DNA from: Kiritimatiellia bacterium
Lineage (GTDB): Bacteria > Verrucomicrobiota > Kiritimatiellia > RFP12 > JBMNHG01
Length of the DNA: 58,728 bases
Assembly: GCA_045627705.1 (NCBI GenBank)
Contig: JAZQOE010000069.1
Location: forward strand, 1 to 58,728
Direction: 5' to 3'
Below are positions 11,301 to 19,016 of the stretch, piece by piece; positions within the stretch are counted from its first letter, which is position 1, and each line of letters begins with the position of its first letter. Made by a program: the position numbers and the translations under genes. The notes beneath the pieces are model-generated. The model was not told the DNA's origin and did not search any database. It was given only the letters and a program-made list of their open reading frames with translations.

Positions 11301-11342
11301 TGCACTGATCGCAATGCAAAGCAAAAGGATTGTTTTTTTCAT
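5343..11342 (-). CDS. Giant secreted protein (1999 aa), function unknown; contains LamG/DUF1080-like jelly-roll segments
   Basis: Uninterrupted 6-kb ORF with AGGAG upstream and signal peptide MKKTILLLCIAISAFGIRAE. Two segments have the W-x-x-x-x-G-x-W jelly-roll pattern (NWEILQGDWRMH; GWTINGGKWEVV). I recognised no catalytic motif. Confidence 0.8.
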   Translation of the reverse strand: MKKTILLLCIAISAFGIRAETEWTARIESPERSLLATMSCLWNGTSIPLRLENVESSEVMELTLLPRKGAELKKGSFAPKAFTATPFKAPEGEWANVAWQRLPEGWGIFVDNQLAVRFREAWEGVVRVSTPADVVPGDDSDAPGDYQQRVGSFRFDDAFMVPEGTADPLRNWEILQGDWRMHTVTGSVSGANAKAKLGRQPTAEHSPNFYALDGRGTNAVIVAGEAFYDRYRMKAALHHECGGTNGIVFLVDADLNAYGFTCRDNPEDGRLAFDLWRGRIDDLDASRETLRSVATDLLPGQWYALEARIYPGRIACAVDGIDVFAYEGALPPGGQFGLFQNGADGARFDDVSAGTHGDMVFATEEDIVSATLSDTAHTSVKSGKPGKVEVPRDVPFETARHLRLEAEKNAEGLLLLGSTADAPRRFETVFVPDSDCGEFGLVAGWNGTNAPAWRLAIVRADDGICARLLRGDEIADEQRLPASEAKSFHLVMDAMDAGEISGRVNGELVVLAATDKPVEGACGLFVGQGGEARALMPLSRASAPLYRDRFEKNMSYVNDPFMKNWASPEGQWLQTPDGNAWFRSDFLGRVDVRLPIADPMELHVAVPEPAPTEGDEFSPPATTYQIVAPTPEELPGACQIIVANGIAKLVATNFEGAVLAEAEFPVSAIPVTHFDAVGAQPAVDYQIADAHLDGHLFWVSCPTGILARVHLPERPVGRRMRVKGLALEHLRHTRIMRDHVVDCLFNESLAGWTINGGKWEVVNRFQCEPSWSHMNGESADTLAALWSKMEVGGDFSMEFYAGERHGWYDRVGDFNLTVLSKRGGAGDGYSVICTGWDPDSSQLRTRLVRNGETKAVSDRYLAPRFRDGNARRIVEPLVAAGRDVHGAWYAMRLRRLGSRLEYIFDNVPVFAWSDPDPLSSGIFGIWTYRNSMMVARVRITADEIRPRRFAIRELPVGEAAAKAKPRKSAAVVPAGITNVCASTWPVEMLDPSLWTADDPVSRPILSFTPDKDGRPVMRVESSLGAGEFSARANIPMRQIHTILGWSFEVARHPEARPEVGFAICEPAGKSIITNAVYSFPLGGLFETRGPRRLAGSANVPPTPDGAKTLVWTPVQVWIPVEKAVTNTRVIFEGFGSFQPSEAQEGIGATPPGAWYAIRNLRPIINGAPLLSGPDSLRPTLDEIEKKALAMPIGEIQTIDLPKEIDPRNAKLSWGITPRTSFGLKAELLSDPSDSFLIHSTLPWPQRTLDVQEVQVNGQPIAASFVDNGNSVLAYIPRPAQTDADMTLSVRQRDGRVFKQIFRPRQFSELSAITNVPPVLLAMRIERGFYQGFETRAPALTASHQRSQPLRILQDDGFPFGSYLHIANNGAPGRLQASLAPGLIDLGATPLFSMKYRRGGALPIVSLQTVGYGFANFTESHPNARPVRFATPPAALDPLTLDYPDDPREPWQTWFGVMADAIGARQFRNGYAVQPADLVIGSFNGQDQTGRYSFLDVDELVGGPVVGPNLPLSITPSFSDPDGVATVLCAIVEGPEPWSARTNAVVRADGVPGIAPWISITNDVPYKPFLGHLQDGVHHLVLTASDGLGAWSPVTDVPFMLDRRAITIESSIVETPNQNNGTALNVTFHTFGGSLPRFETMKVNCNGRDIDLSRVNGVVSFMPDAVTFNMNWPAIFRREIQKTHDGDVLQVAFTNIADAAGNAPASHVARIPIDYASDKTPPTVQHPRTGTNFLWYLPDIRQPRDFIGGGPRNIRPQPVVTNGMYILELHAVNGANDASVAHTFPQNPWKPSVHQYLAISARVLSLPKEPGIPPMTLQFTPQHLPEDAKRPADNAPFSIPLPSAENSDQEWIVAGANAGWTPGEWRDLVIDVDAFLRNETGLAEAPPLREFLVAMPGDDSYALQIRAAAILMAWQPDHLITFNAYDASGIDGLVWDGGAATELSLRPARVKLPGNVGWLEVKVRDRAGNLSEPRLLPLPPASYTDSGELSISEPAIEDEP

Positions 11343-11560
11343 GGCAAACTAAAGACTCCTGGGAAAATTCATCGGCACGGCACGAGAAGTAACACTCGCG
11401 CATGCCCGTGAACGAGCATAAGTTATGCCACTGGATTGGCAGGACTGACAGTATTTGATTGTAAAAAAACGGCGCGCCGCGATTTTACTTCGCAAAATGC
11501 ATTGTCTCAGGACCTCATAAAGTTTATCATTTCCGCATCAAGTTCTTACAGGGAGTTGCC

Positions 11561-14500
11561 ATGAACAAAACAATCTTTATCGCACTTTCGTTGGCACTGG
11601 GATTTTGGGGAAGCGACGTGGCACGCGCCACGGAACGACTCTATTCCGTCACGGCCGACAACATCGCCTCATACCAGCAGATGACGGTGATGCGAGCTTT
11701 CAATGGTGTATTCGACCATGACGACTCCTCATCGACCGCTATCATCGACCTTCGCGAGCCGATGCACATCACCAAGATGCTCTTCCACGGCCGCAATGAA
11801 AACGAAGGCGTGAGCACAAGAATGCGCGGAGCGATTTTCTACGTGTCAAACGACCGGCAGAACTGGACTTCCGTTTATCAAGTGCCCAACGACTTCACAC
11901 CCGACGACAATTTCGCCCCGATTCCATGCGCCTTTGATTCCTCCGAGAAATTCCGCTATGTCCATTGGGCAAATGTCGGTGCAGGAAGCATGGACGAGTT
12001 CCAGGTCTGGGTGGATTCCACTTCGGTCCAAGTCGAGTCGTTCGAGCTTATCGACTACTCGGCATCGACAATAACAGTCTCGGCTTCCGCACAGGCATAC
12101 GGCGATGTTTCCGAATACGTCCTCACGCTGAAAGTCGCGATGGCGGCGTCCGACCTTGGCGATGACATCGCCGATTGGATCGATGGCGGCACAGTCACCA
12201 CCCTCGGCACCGCCGCGAATGGCGAAGTCGTCACCGCGGATGTTCCCGTTCCCGCCGCCAACCAGAAATACTTCGTGCGCCTCTTCGCCACCGCGGGGGA
12301 CGCAACCGGCGCATCGGCTGCGGCGAAGGAAATCACCCCGTACAACTACAAGAGCTACGAAACGCTTTTCCATGTGACAATCGACAACCTGATCGACGTC
12401 TATTCGAAGAATGGTTCGCCGATCAACTGCTTCGATGGCATCTTCAACAATGACGACACCGCAGTGGATGCGACCGTCGATCTCGGCAAGTCCCTCCACA
12501 TCACGCGCATCCTCTACCATGGCCGCCAAAACCTCGAAACACGCCTCATCGGCCGCCAATTCAAGGTTTCGAATGACAACGAAAACTGGACGGTCATCTA
12601 TACGGTCCCGCTTTCGTTCACGTACGACGCCAACGCCTGCACGCCGACATATTGGTTCCCGCCGCAGGACGAGACATACCGCTATGTCCGCTGGGAAAAT
12701 GTCGAGTGGGGCAGCATGGACGAATTCGAAATCTATGTCGATTCATCGACGCTTTCGTCGGTTTCGTTCGCCGTCGATGACTACTCATCCACGAATCTCG
12801 CCGTCACAGGCGCCGTCTCCATGTACGGCCCGATCTCCGAATCCGGATGCGACCTTTATTGCGCGGCGGCGGCGACCGATCTCGGCGACAATCTCGGCGA
12901 TTGGCGCACCGGCGGCGTAGTGACTTCCCTTGGCAAAGCGTACCACGGCATTCCACTCTCCGCCAGTGTACTGCACCTTGGCGACGGCGTGACCGCAAAC
13001 GTGCGCCTCTTCGCGGTCGCGGGCGACCTTTCAATCGCTACCCCCGTGAAGATCGTCACGCCCTGCGACTATGCCCTCTTCAATGTGACCGCCGCGAATG
13101 TCATCGACGCGGACACGACTCAGACGACCTTCATGCACGCTTTCGACGGCATCCTCGACCAGACAAACGCGACAGGAGGAGATTCCGCAAGGCATCTCAC
13201 GCTTGACCTCAAGGCGCTCTACCCGATCGCGCGCCTCAAGTTCTACGACCGCACTGAACTCGCCTCACGCATGCGCGGCGCGACCTTCTCGGTTTCGAAG
13301 GACGGCAGCAATTGGACACCCGTCTATACCGTCCCATTTGACTACAACGTAACCGAACCCGTCGGCACATGGATTCCCTGGCCGTCTGGCGATAGCGTCT
13401 GCACTGGCGACAATCTTTTCCGCTTCATAAAGTGGGAGGGCGTCGAGTACGGCAGCATCTCGGAATTCCAGGTGTACGCCGGCGCGGCATCGGTCGTTAT
13501 CCTGGACGATTTCTCGATCGACTCCGCGACATCTTCCGCCCTCCAGCTTTCAGGAACCGCCACCATCGAAGGAACTTTCGCGACATCGAACATAACCTTC
13601 TACGCGGCATACGCGGCATCCGATCTCGGCGACGACATCGCGGCATGGCAGGCAGGTGGAACTGTCGCAGAGGCCGGCAGTGCCCTCCCTGGCGAAACAT
13701 TCTCCGGCAGCGTAAGCCTCTCTGATGCAAGCGGCAGGATTTTCGTGCGCGTCTTCGCATCCCTCGAAGGCAAGATCGCCGCTTCGCCAGTGAAGACAGT
13801 CATGATCCGCGACTGCGTCGAGATCCGTCCTCTCGTCGAAAGCGCCGATTCCATCCTCCCGATCTATTCCAGCACGGATACCGCCGCCGAACGCGACAAT
13901 GCCTGGCTTGCGTTCGATAGCGACCCCACCACGCTCACGACATCCGATTTCGCCGCCCTCGACCTGGGGCGCCCCGTCCGCATCGACCGCATCACGATGT
14001 CAGTCGATCCCGAAAACATCGGCAACCTGAACGGCCTGCTCCTCCAGGGATCGAATGACGGTTTCAACTGGGACACGATGACATCCTTTGCGGAAGTGCC
14101 GCACGGTGCGCAGACGATTTTCGACCTCGCCGAACCATACGCCGCCCGCTATGTACGATTCTTCAATTTCACCAGTGGCTCCCTGCTTCCAGCGCGCATC
14201 TACGACCTGCGCTTCTATACTCTTGCATCCGAACAGGCGCATCCCGCGATCACGAACGAAATCGAAATCTCCCGCTCCGCGAACGGCATCAATCTTTCCG
14301 CCTCGCTCGCCGCCAATGGCACATTCAGCGGCACGGCGCATGTCATCGCGCTTTGCGCTACATCCGACCTCGGCGCGTGGCCCGCAGATTGGACAAACGC
14401 CCAGGATGTTGTATCCATCGACCTTGGCGACCGTGCCGCCGGCACATCGTTTACGACGACCGTGCCGCCCGCTGCCGCGTCTGGCCTGAACGTTGCGAGA

Positions 14501-15049
14501 CTTCTCGTCGAGACACCCGCCGGTGCCTTCCTCGGTGCACCGCACTTCTTCACGCCAAACAACGAAATCCTGATTCCAATCACCGTCGCGCAGGTCGAGG
14601 CGATGACGCCCCAGGTCAATGGAGTTTACGCCGAACATCCGGACTGGTGCGCTTCCATGGCATGGCACCACACCTTTTTCGGCGATGGCATTCTCAACAC
14701 GACGTCCGACACTCCAATGCCGACCGCGGCATCACTCCGCAAACGCTACAAGATCACGCGCGCCGAGCTTTATCCCCGTGTCGAAGGCTCCCTCTGGATC
14801 ATGGAGCGCTCCAATGGCGCGACAGTCTATGTCGCCCCCGAAAAGACGTCCGGGGACTGGACGCAAGACTCGGCCTGGACTTCTTTTGCCACCGCCTATA
14901 GCTCCGTTCTTTACAACGGCTGGCTGCAGCTTGTCGGAACACCGACCATCGGCTATCACCTGAAGGTCGATGGCGGGCAGTATGGCAATTACTTCCTCCG
15001 TTTCTGGGGCGTCCCAATGGATGAAGGCACGGTATTGATGGTGCGATGA
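11561..15049 (+). CDS. Secreted protein with tandem F5/8 type C (discoidin)-like modules
   Basis: Signal peptide MNKTIFIALSLALGFWGSDVARA. A repeated block F(N/D)G(V/I)(F/L)....D L....I..(M/I)L(F/Y)HGR........R.....V S.D..NWT.VY.VP...(Y/F)(V/I).W......GSM.EF.(V/I) recurs four times plus a degenerate fifth. Each block is followed by an Ig-like spacer with AASDLGDDIA.W..GG. Confidence 0.75.
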   Translation: MNKTIFIALSLALGFWGSDVARATERLYSVTADNIASYQQMTVMRAFNGVFDHDDSSSTAIIDLREPMHITKMLFHGRNENEGVSTRMRGAIFYVSNDRQNWTSVYQVPNDFTPDDNFAPIPCAFDSSEKFRYVHWANVGAGSMDEFQVWVDSTSVQVESFELIDYSASTITVSASAQAYGDVSEYVLTLKVAMAASDLGDDIADWIDGGTVTTLGTAANGEVVTADVPVPAANQKYFVRLFATAGDATGASAAAKEITPYNYKSYETLFHVTIDNLIDVYSKNGSPINCFDGIFNNDDTAVDATVDLGKSLHITRILYHGRQNLETRLIGRQFKVSNDNENWTVIYTVPLSFTYDANACTPTYWFPPQDETYRYVRWENVEWGSMDEFEIYVDSSTLSSVSFAVDDYSSTNLAVTGAVSMYGPISESGCDLYCAAAATDLGDNLGDWRTGGVVTSLGKAYHGIPLSASVLHLGDGVTANVRLFAVAGDLSIATPVKIVTPCDYALFNVTAANVIDADTTQTTFMHAFDGILDQTNATGGDSARHLTLDLKALYPIARLKFYDRTELASRMRGATFSVSKDGSNWTPVYTVPFDYNVTEPVGTWIPWPSGDSVCTGDNLFRFIKWEGVEYGSISEFQVYAGAASVVILDDFSIDSATSSALQLSGTATIEGTFATSNITFYAAYAASDLGDDIAAWQAGGTVAEAGSALPGETFSGSVSLSDASGRIFVRVFASLEGKIAASPVKTVMIRDCVEIRPLVESADSILPIYSSTDTAAERDNAWLAFDSDPTTLTTSDFAALDLGRPVRIDRITMSVDPENIGNLNGLLLQGSNDGFNWDTMTSFAEVPHGAQTIFDLAEPYAARYVRFFNFTSGSLLPARIYDLRFYTLASEQAHPAITNEIEISRSANGINLSASLAANGTFSGTAHVIALCATSDLGAWPADWTNAQDVVSIDLGDRAAGTSFTTTVPPAAASGLNVARLLVETPAGAFLGAPHFFTPNNEILIPITVAQVEAMTPQVNGVYAEHPDWCASMAWHHTFFGDGILNTTSDTPMPTAASLRKRYKITRAELYPRVEGSLWIMERSNGATVYVAPEKTSGDWTQDSAWTSFATAYSSVLYNGWLQLVGTPTIGYHLKVDGGQYGNYFLRFWGVPMDEGTVLMVR
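11633..14556 (+). repeat. Four tandem coding modules of about 710-730 bp (discoidin-like plus Ig-like spacer) inside the 1162-aa gene
   Basis: FNGVFDHDD at 11699, FDGIFNNDD at 12431 and FDGILDQT at 13141 give a period of about 710-732 bp. The AASDLGDDIA(D/A)W motif recurs with the same period. Divergence is at the protein level; the DNA copies are not near-identical. Confidence 0.7.
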
Positions 15050-15861
15050 GGGCAGTGCCAGGCAGCATGAATTTGCCATCGCGCGGTTTTACGCTTGTCG
15101 AACTTTTGGTCGTTGTCACAATTATCGGCGTCCTTGCGGCGTCTCTGACGATTGGTGCCAAGTCGGCAGTGGAATATGCCCGGAGGACGCGTTGCGCGAC
15201 AAACCTCCACCAACTCTTCATCGCGAATGCCGCGTATGCCGCGGAATTTGGCTGCTATGTACCCGCGGCATCGACCGTCTGGTCCGCCAAGGACCTCTGC
15301 CGATGGCATGGATACAGGGATAGTTCGAAAGAGCCGTTCCGCGGTGAACTTGGTCCCCTGGCGGAATACCTCGACTCCAATGGCATCCGCGCGTGCCCTT
15401 CATTTCACCCGAAAGCCAACGGCCTTTCCGCAAGCGAAAACTTCGAGCATGGCTGCGGCGGGTACGGCTACAACCAGGTCGGAGTCGGATCTCGCCTATA
15501 CCTCGACGGAATGTGCGCCGCGGCCTACGAGGAAGGAATGCCGCCGGATCAAATTGCCGATGCGCCCAATACCGCGATGTTCGGCGATGCGGCGTTTCTC
15601 TCCTCTGGCAGGAAAGGCGACACCACCTTGATCGAATATTCATTCATCGAGCCATACCACTGGGTTTTTGCGCCAGGGACTGAATCCTCGGCCGTGTCCG
15701 AGCCAAGTGTCCATTTCCGTCATAGAAAGTATGCAAATGTCGCGTGGTGCGACGGGCATGTTAGCCCAGTGAAGATGGAACATGTGCCTGGCGAGAAATA
15801 CAAGAAAGCGCACCTTGGCTGGATTGGACCGAAAGACAATACACTAATGGACCCGAATTAA
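15046..15861 (+). CDS. Prepilin-type N-terminal cleavage/methylation domain protein with H-X9-DG motif (DUF1559-like pseudopilin)
   Basis: SRGFTLVELLVVVTIIGVLAA is a class III signal/methylation motif. C-terminal HRKYANVAWCDGH fits H-X9-DG. ATG 15046 overlaps the upstream stop (ATGA). An alternative start is ATG 15067 (MNLPSRGFTLVE). Confidence 0.85.
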   Translation: MRAVPGSMNLPSRGFTLVELLVVVTIIGVLAASLTIGAKSAVEYARRTRCATNLHQLFIANAAYAAEFGCYVPAASTVWSAKDLCRWHGYRDSSKEPFRGELGPLAEYLDSNGIRACPSFHPKANGLSASENFEHGCGGYGYNQVGVGSRLYLDGMCAAAYEEGMPPDQIADAPNTAMFGDAAFLSSGRKGDTTLIEYSFIEPYHWVFAPGTESSAVSEPSVHFRHRKYANVAWCDGHVSPVKMEHVPGEKYKKAHLGWIGPKDNTLMDPN

Positions 15862-15999
15862 AACGGCAACGCAAAGTCATTTAATCACATCGACACCGTA
15901 CAACGAGAATTTGTCGTCGCCAGTGACTATGACGAGATTTTCTTCAAGTATGGATATTTAGTCACCATCATCCATGCGAATTATGTATAATACGCGCTC

Positions 16000-16809
16000 A
16001 TGCCCAAACCACTTTCCAATCCTAATCCAGACGAGTACAAGGTCGATCTCGAGGTCTTTGAAGGCCCCCTCGACTTGCTTCTGTACCTGATCCGCCGCGA
16101 TGAGCTCGACATCTACGACATTCCGATCGAGCACATCACGACGCAGTACATGGCGTATCTGGAGACAATGAAGTTGCTCGACCTCAACATCGCTGGCGAA
16201 TTCCTCGTGATGGCCGCTACGCTGATGATGATCAAGAGCCGCATGCTTCTCCCCGCCGAGGAACGCGCCGCGGAGGAAGAGGAGGAGGAAGGTGTCGACC
16301 CGCGCCTCGATCTTGTCAGGCAGCTTATCGAATACAAGAAATTCAAGGATGCCGCGTCACGCCTCCAGCACCTCGAGGCATTGCGAAACGAGAGCTTCCG
16401 CTTCGGCGGCGAACCGCCGATCCCGCCGCCCGATGAAGAAGAGGGCGTGCGCCTCCTTGACGATGTCGGCCTCTTCGACCTTCTCACGGCTTTCCAGGAA
16501 GTGCTTTCGCGCGCCCCCATCGCTCCGCTCGGCCACCTCGAGCCAATCCGCTGGGCGGTGCCAGATAAGATGGACGACATCTCATCCCGCGTAAAGAGCG
16601 AGGGACAAGTCTCATTCTCCAAGCTCTTCAACGCTGAATCGCCGCGCGGCGAAATCATCGTGACATTCATCGCGCTCCTCGAACTTCTGAAGCAGCATCT
16701 CGTGCGTGTGAGCCAGGGCGCGCTTTTCAGCGAAATCGTAATCCTGCCCCTCGCGGCCGAAGCGACAACCCCACAGCCCGAAACGGCGACAATCGAAAAC
16801 CATGGATAA
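16000..16809 (+). CDS. scpA: Segregation and condensation protein A
   Basis: FEGPLDLLLYLIRRDELDIYDIPIEHITTQYMAYL is the ScpA kleisin N-terminal signature. The gene overlaps scpB by 8 nt. Confidence 0.85.
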   Translation: MPKPLSNPNPDEYKVDLEVFEGPLDLLLYLIRRDELDIYDIPIEHITTQYMAYLETMKLLDLNIAGEFLVMAATLMMIKSRMLLPAEERAAEEEEEEGVDPRLDLVRQLIEYKKFKDAASRLQHLEALRNESFRFGGEPPIPPPDEEEGVRLLDDVGLFDLLTAFQEVLSRAPIAPLGHLEPIRWAVPDKMDDISSRVKSEGQVSFSKLFNAESPRGEIIVTFIALLELLKQHLVRVSQGALFSEIVILPLAAEATTPQPETATIENHG

Positions 16810-17707
16810 CAGCGAAGACACATCATTGCCCGTTGCCGGCAGCCTGAGGCAGGTTGTCGGAGCACTCGTGTTCGGTTCCGACCACGACCTCGCGCCAGAT
16901 GAAATCCGCAAATGCCTTCAGGAAGTCGCCAAGCAGGAAAACGCGCCAGCGGAAGCAGCGCTCTATGCAAAGTCGTCAACCGCCGACATCCGCGACGCCC
17001 TTATCGACTTGCGCAAGGACATTGCGCGTCTCGAACTCGGTTTCGAACTCGCGGAAGTCGGATCTGCCTGGCGTCTGCAAAGCTCTGCGCCGACAGGACG
17101 CTGGGTGCGCAATCTGCTACGCCAGGACCGTCCCGGACGGCTCTCCCATCCCGCCCTTGAAACGCTTTCGATCATCGCGTATCGTCAGCCGATCGCGAAG
17201 TCGGAAATCGAAGGCATCCGCGGCGTGGCTGTCGATCACATCGTGAAGGCGCTGATGGAAATGCACCTCGTGCGCATTGTCGGTCGCTCCGACCTGCCAG
17301 GCCACCCATTCCTTTACGGCACAACGGCGAGCTTCCTCGACCACTTCGGCCTGAAGAGCCTGAACGAACTCAACGACATGGATCCGACGCTCCAGCGTTC
17401 GAAGCCGAAGGAACGAAACGCGATCCACCGCAAGCCAAAGCCACCGCAGGAAAAGACGCCCCAAGCCGCCCAGGAAGAGGCGCTCATGGCGGGCGCAAAT
17501 TCGCAACCAGCGCCCGCGACCGCACAGGCTGAACCGCAAACCGAAACTGCCGACGGCGACATTCCCGCGCAATCGGATGCCGAATTCTCGAACGGCAATA
17601 TCGAGGAAGCACCGGCGCCAGAGGCAACGGAAGGCGCGGTTGCAATCCGCGAGATTCTCGGACCGGACGAAACGCCGCCCAGTGCCGAGCCAGTCTTCGA
17701 ATCCTGA
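16802..17707 (+). CDS. scpB: Segregation and condensation protein B, with a C-terminal low-complexity tail of about 100 aa
   Basis: ALETLSIIAYRQPIAKSEIEGIRGV...LVRIVGR...PGHPFLYGTT..FLDHFGL is the ScpB signature. Residues after about 200 are Pro/Glu/Ala-rich. Confidence 0.85.
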   Translation: MDNSEDTSLPVAGSLRQVVGALVFGSDHDLAPDEIRKCLQEVAKQENAPAEAALYAKSSTADIRDALIDLRKDIARLELGFELAEVGSAWRLQSSAPTGRWVRNLLRQDRPGRLSHPALETLSIIAYRQPIAKSEIEGIRGVAVDHIVKALMEMHLVRIVGRSDLPGHPFLYGTTASFLDHFGLKSLNELNDMDPTLQRSKPKERNAIHRKPKPPQEKTPQAAQEEALMAGANSQPAPATAQAEPQTETADGDIPAQSDAEFSNGNIEEAPAPEATEGAVAIREILGPDETPPSAEPVFES

Positions 17708-17757
17708 ATTGAAACAACTTCCACTAATTCCAACCACCCAAAACGCGACAAACCACC

Positions 17758-18930
17758 ATGAGCGAAAATCCATCCCGTCTTTCTTCCGAAGTCCGCGCGA
17801 AGTTCCTTGAAACATTCGGACGCGCCCCGGATGTCGTCGCGTACGCCCCCGGACGCATCGAAGTACTCGGCAACCATACCGACTACAACGAGGGATTCGT
17901 CCTTTCCGCCGCGATCGACTGCGGAATCTGCTTTGCTGCCGCCAAACGCGCCGACCGCACCGCGCATATCGTCTCCGGCAACATGAATTCAGAATCGACA
18001 TTCCCAGTCGATATCGTCGAGCCTTCGAATGCCGAGCCGTGGACGAACTACTGCCGCGGCGTGCTCGTGGGGCTTTCCGCGCTGAAGAAACCCGGATTCG
18101 GCTTTGACGCGCTTGTGCTTGGCGACATCCCGCCCGGAAGCGGACTTTCAAGTTCCGCCGCGCTCGAAGTGAGCACTGGGCTTGCGCTCGCGAAGCTCTA
18201 CGGGATCGAAGTTGACCGTCTGACGATGGCGAAAATCGGCCAGACTGCCGAACACGAATACGCGGGCGTAAAATGCGGTCTGCTCGACCAGGTTTCGAGT
18301 CTCTTTGGAGAAGAGGGCAAACTTGTCTCCACCGACTTCCGTTCCCTCGACGTCCGCACGATGCCGCTTGGCGCCGACGCTTGCTTCCTGATGTGCAACA
18401 CGCTCGCGAAGCATGCGCTCGTCGATGGCGAATACAATAAGCGGCGCGCCGCTTGCGAAGAGGCGTCCGCGACATTCGCGAAGATTCTCCCCCACCCTGT
18501 CACAGCGCTTCGAGACGTATCGTGGGAAGAGTGGAAGGCGCATTCCGCAGAACTGGCGCCAATGGCGGCGCGCCGTTCCGCGCATCCAATCGGCGAAGAC
18601 ACCAGGGTGATCGAAGGCTGCAAGATGCTCGAGGCGGGTGACCTTGAAGGATTCGGACGCCTCATGTTCGAGTCGCACGATTCCTCGCGCGACTATTTCG
18701 AGAACTCATGCCGCGAGCTTGATGTCGTGGTCGATGCCGCACGCAAGACCGCCGGCGTACTTGGCGCGCGCCTTTCCGGCGGCGGTTTCGGCGGTAGCGC
18801 GGTAGTGCTTGTCAAGCCAGCGTTCGCAGAATCCGCGATGGCGGAAATCGCAGCCGCCTTCCGCCAGGCACTCGGACGCGATTGCGAAATCCGCGCGATC
18901 AAGCCCGGCCCCGGCGCATGCCTGGCATGA
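17758..18930 (+). CDS. galK: Galactokinase
   Basis: APGRIEVLGNHTDYNEGFVL (galactokinase signature) and GDIPPGSGLSSSAALEV (GHMP kinase ATP motif). 390 aa. Confidence 0.9.
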   Translation: MSENPSRLSSEVRAKFLETFGRAPDVVAYAPGRIEVLGNHTDYNEGFVLSAAIDCGICFAAAKRADRTAHIVSGNMNSESTFPVDIVEPSNAEPWTNYCRGVLVGLSALKKPGFGFDALVLGDIPPGSGLSSSAALEVSTGLALAKLYGIEVDRLTMAKIGQTAEHEYAGVKCGLLDQVSSLFGEEGKLVSTDFRSLDVRTMPLGADACFLMCNTLAKHALVDGEYNKRRAACEEASATFAKILPHPVTALRDVSWEEWKAHSAELAPMAARRSAHPIGEDTRVIEGCKMLEAGDLEGFGRLMFESHDSSRDYFENSCRELDVVVDAARKTAGVLGARLSGGGFGGSAVVLVKPAFAESAMAEIAAAFRQALGRDCEIRAIKPGPGACLA

Positions 18931-19016
18931 TTTATTGTCCATCTGAATCGGGGTGCGTCCCCGATCATTGCGACCGCCCGGCAAGCGACGTGAAACAATT
19001 CGAAGGGAAATCCTCC

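Noticed and set aside
9258-11411. A 717-aa plus-strand ORF. Other long antisense ORFs include 294-1277(-), 17117-18475(-), 22851-23936(-), 26860-28056(-), 37576-38703(-), 39535-40512(-), 47979-48971(-), 50300-51112(-), 53606-54709(+), 54746-55603(+), 55700-56650(+) and 56689-57858(+).
   Set aside because: All lie antisense to, or out of frame with, CDSs that have clear family motifs. Their translations are Arg/Ala/Gly/Pro-rich low-complexity sequences with no motifs. These are shadow ORFs, as expected in high-GC DNA.
11463-11486. An intrinsic terminator in the divergent intergenic region between the giant gene and the discoidin gene.
   Set aside because: Both flanking genes are transcribed away from this site, so a terminator has no obvious role. 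The GC stem is only 3-5 bp. It is retained only as one copy of the recurrent motif.
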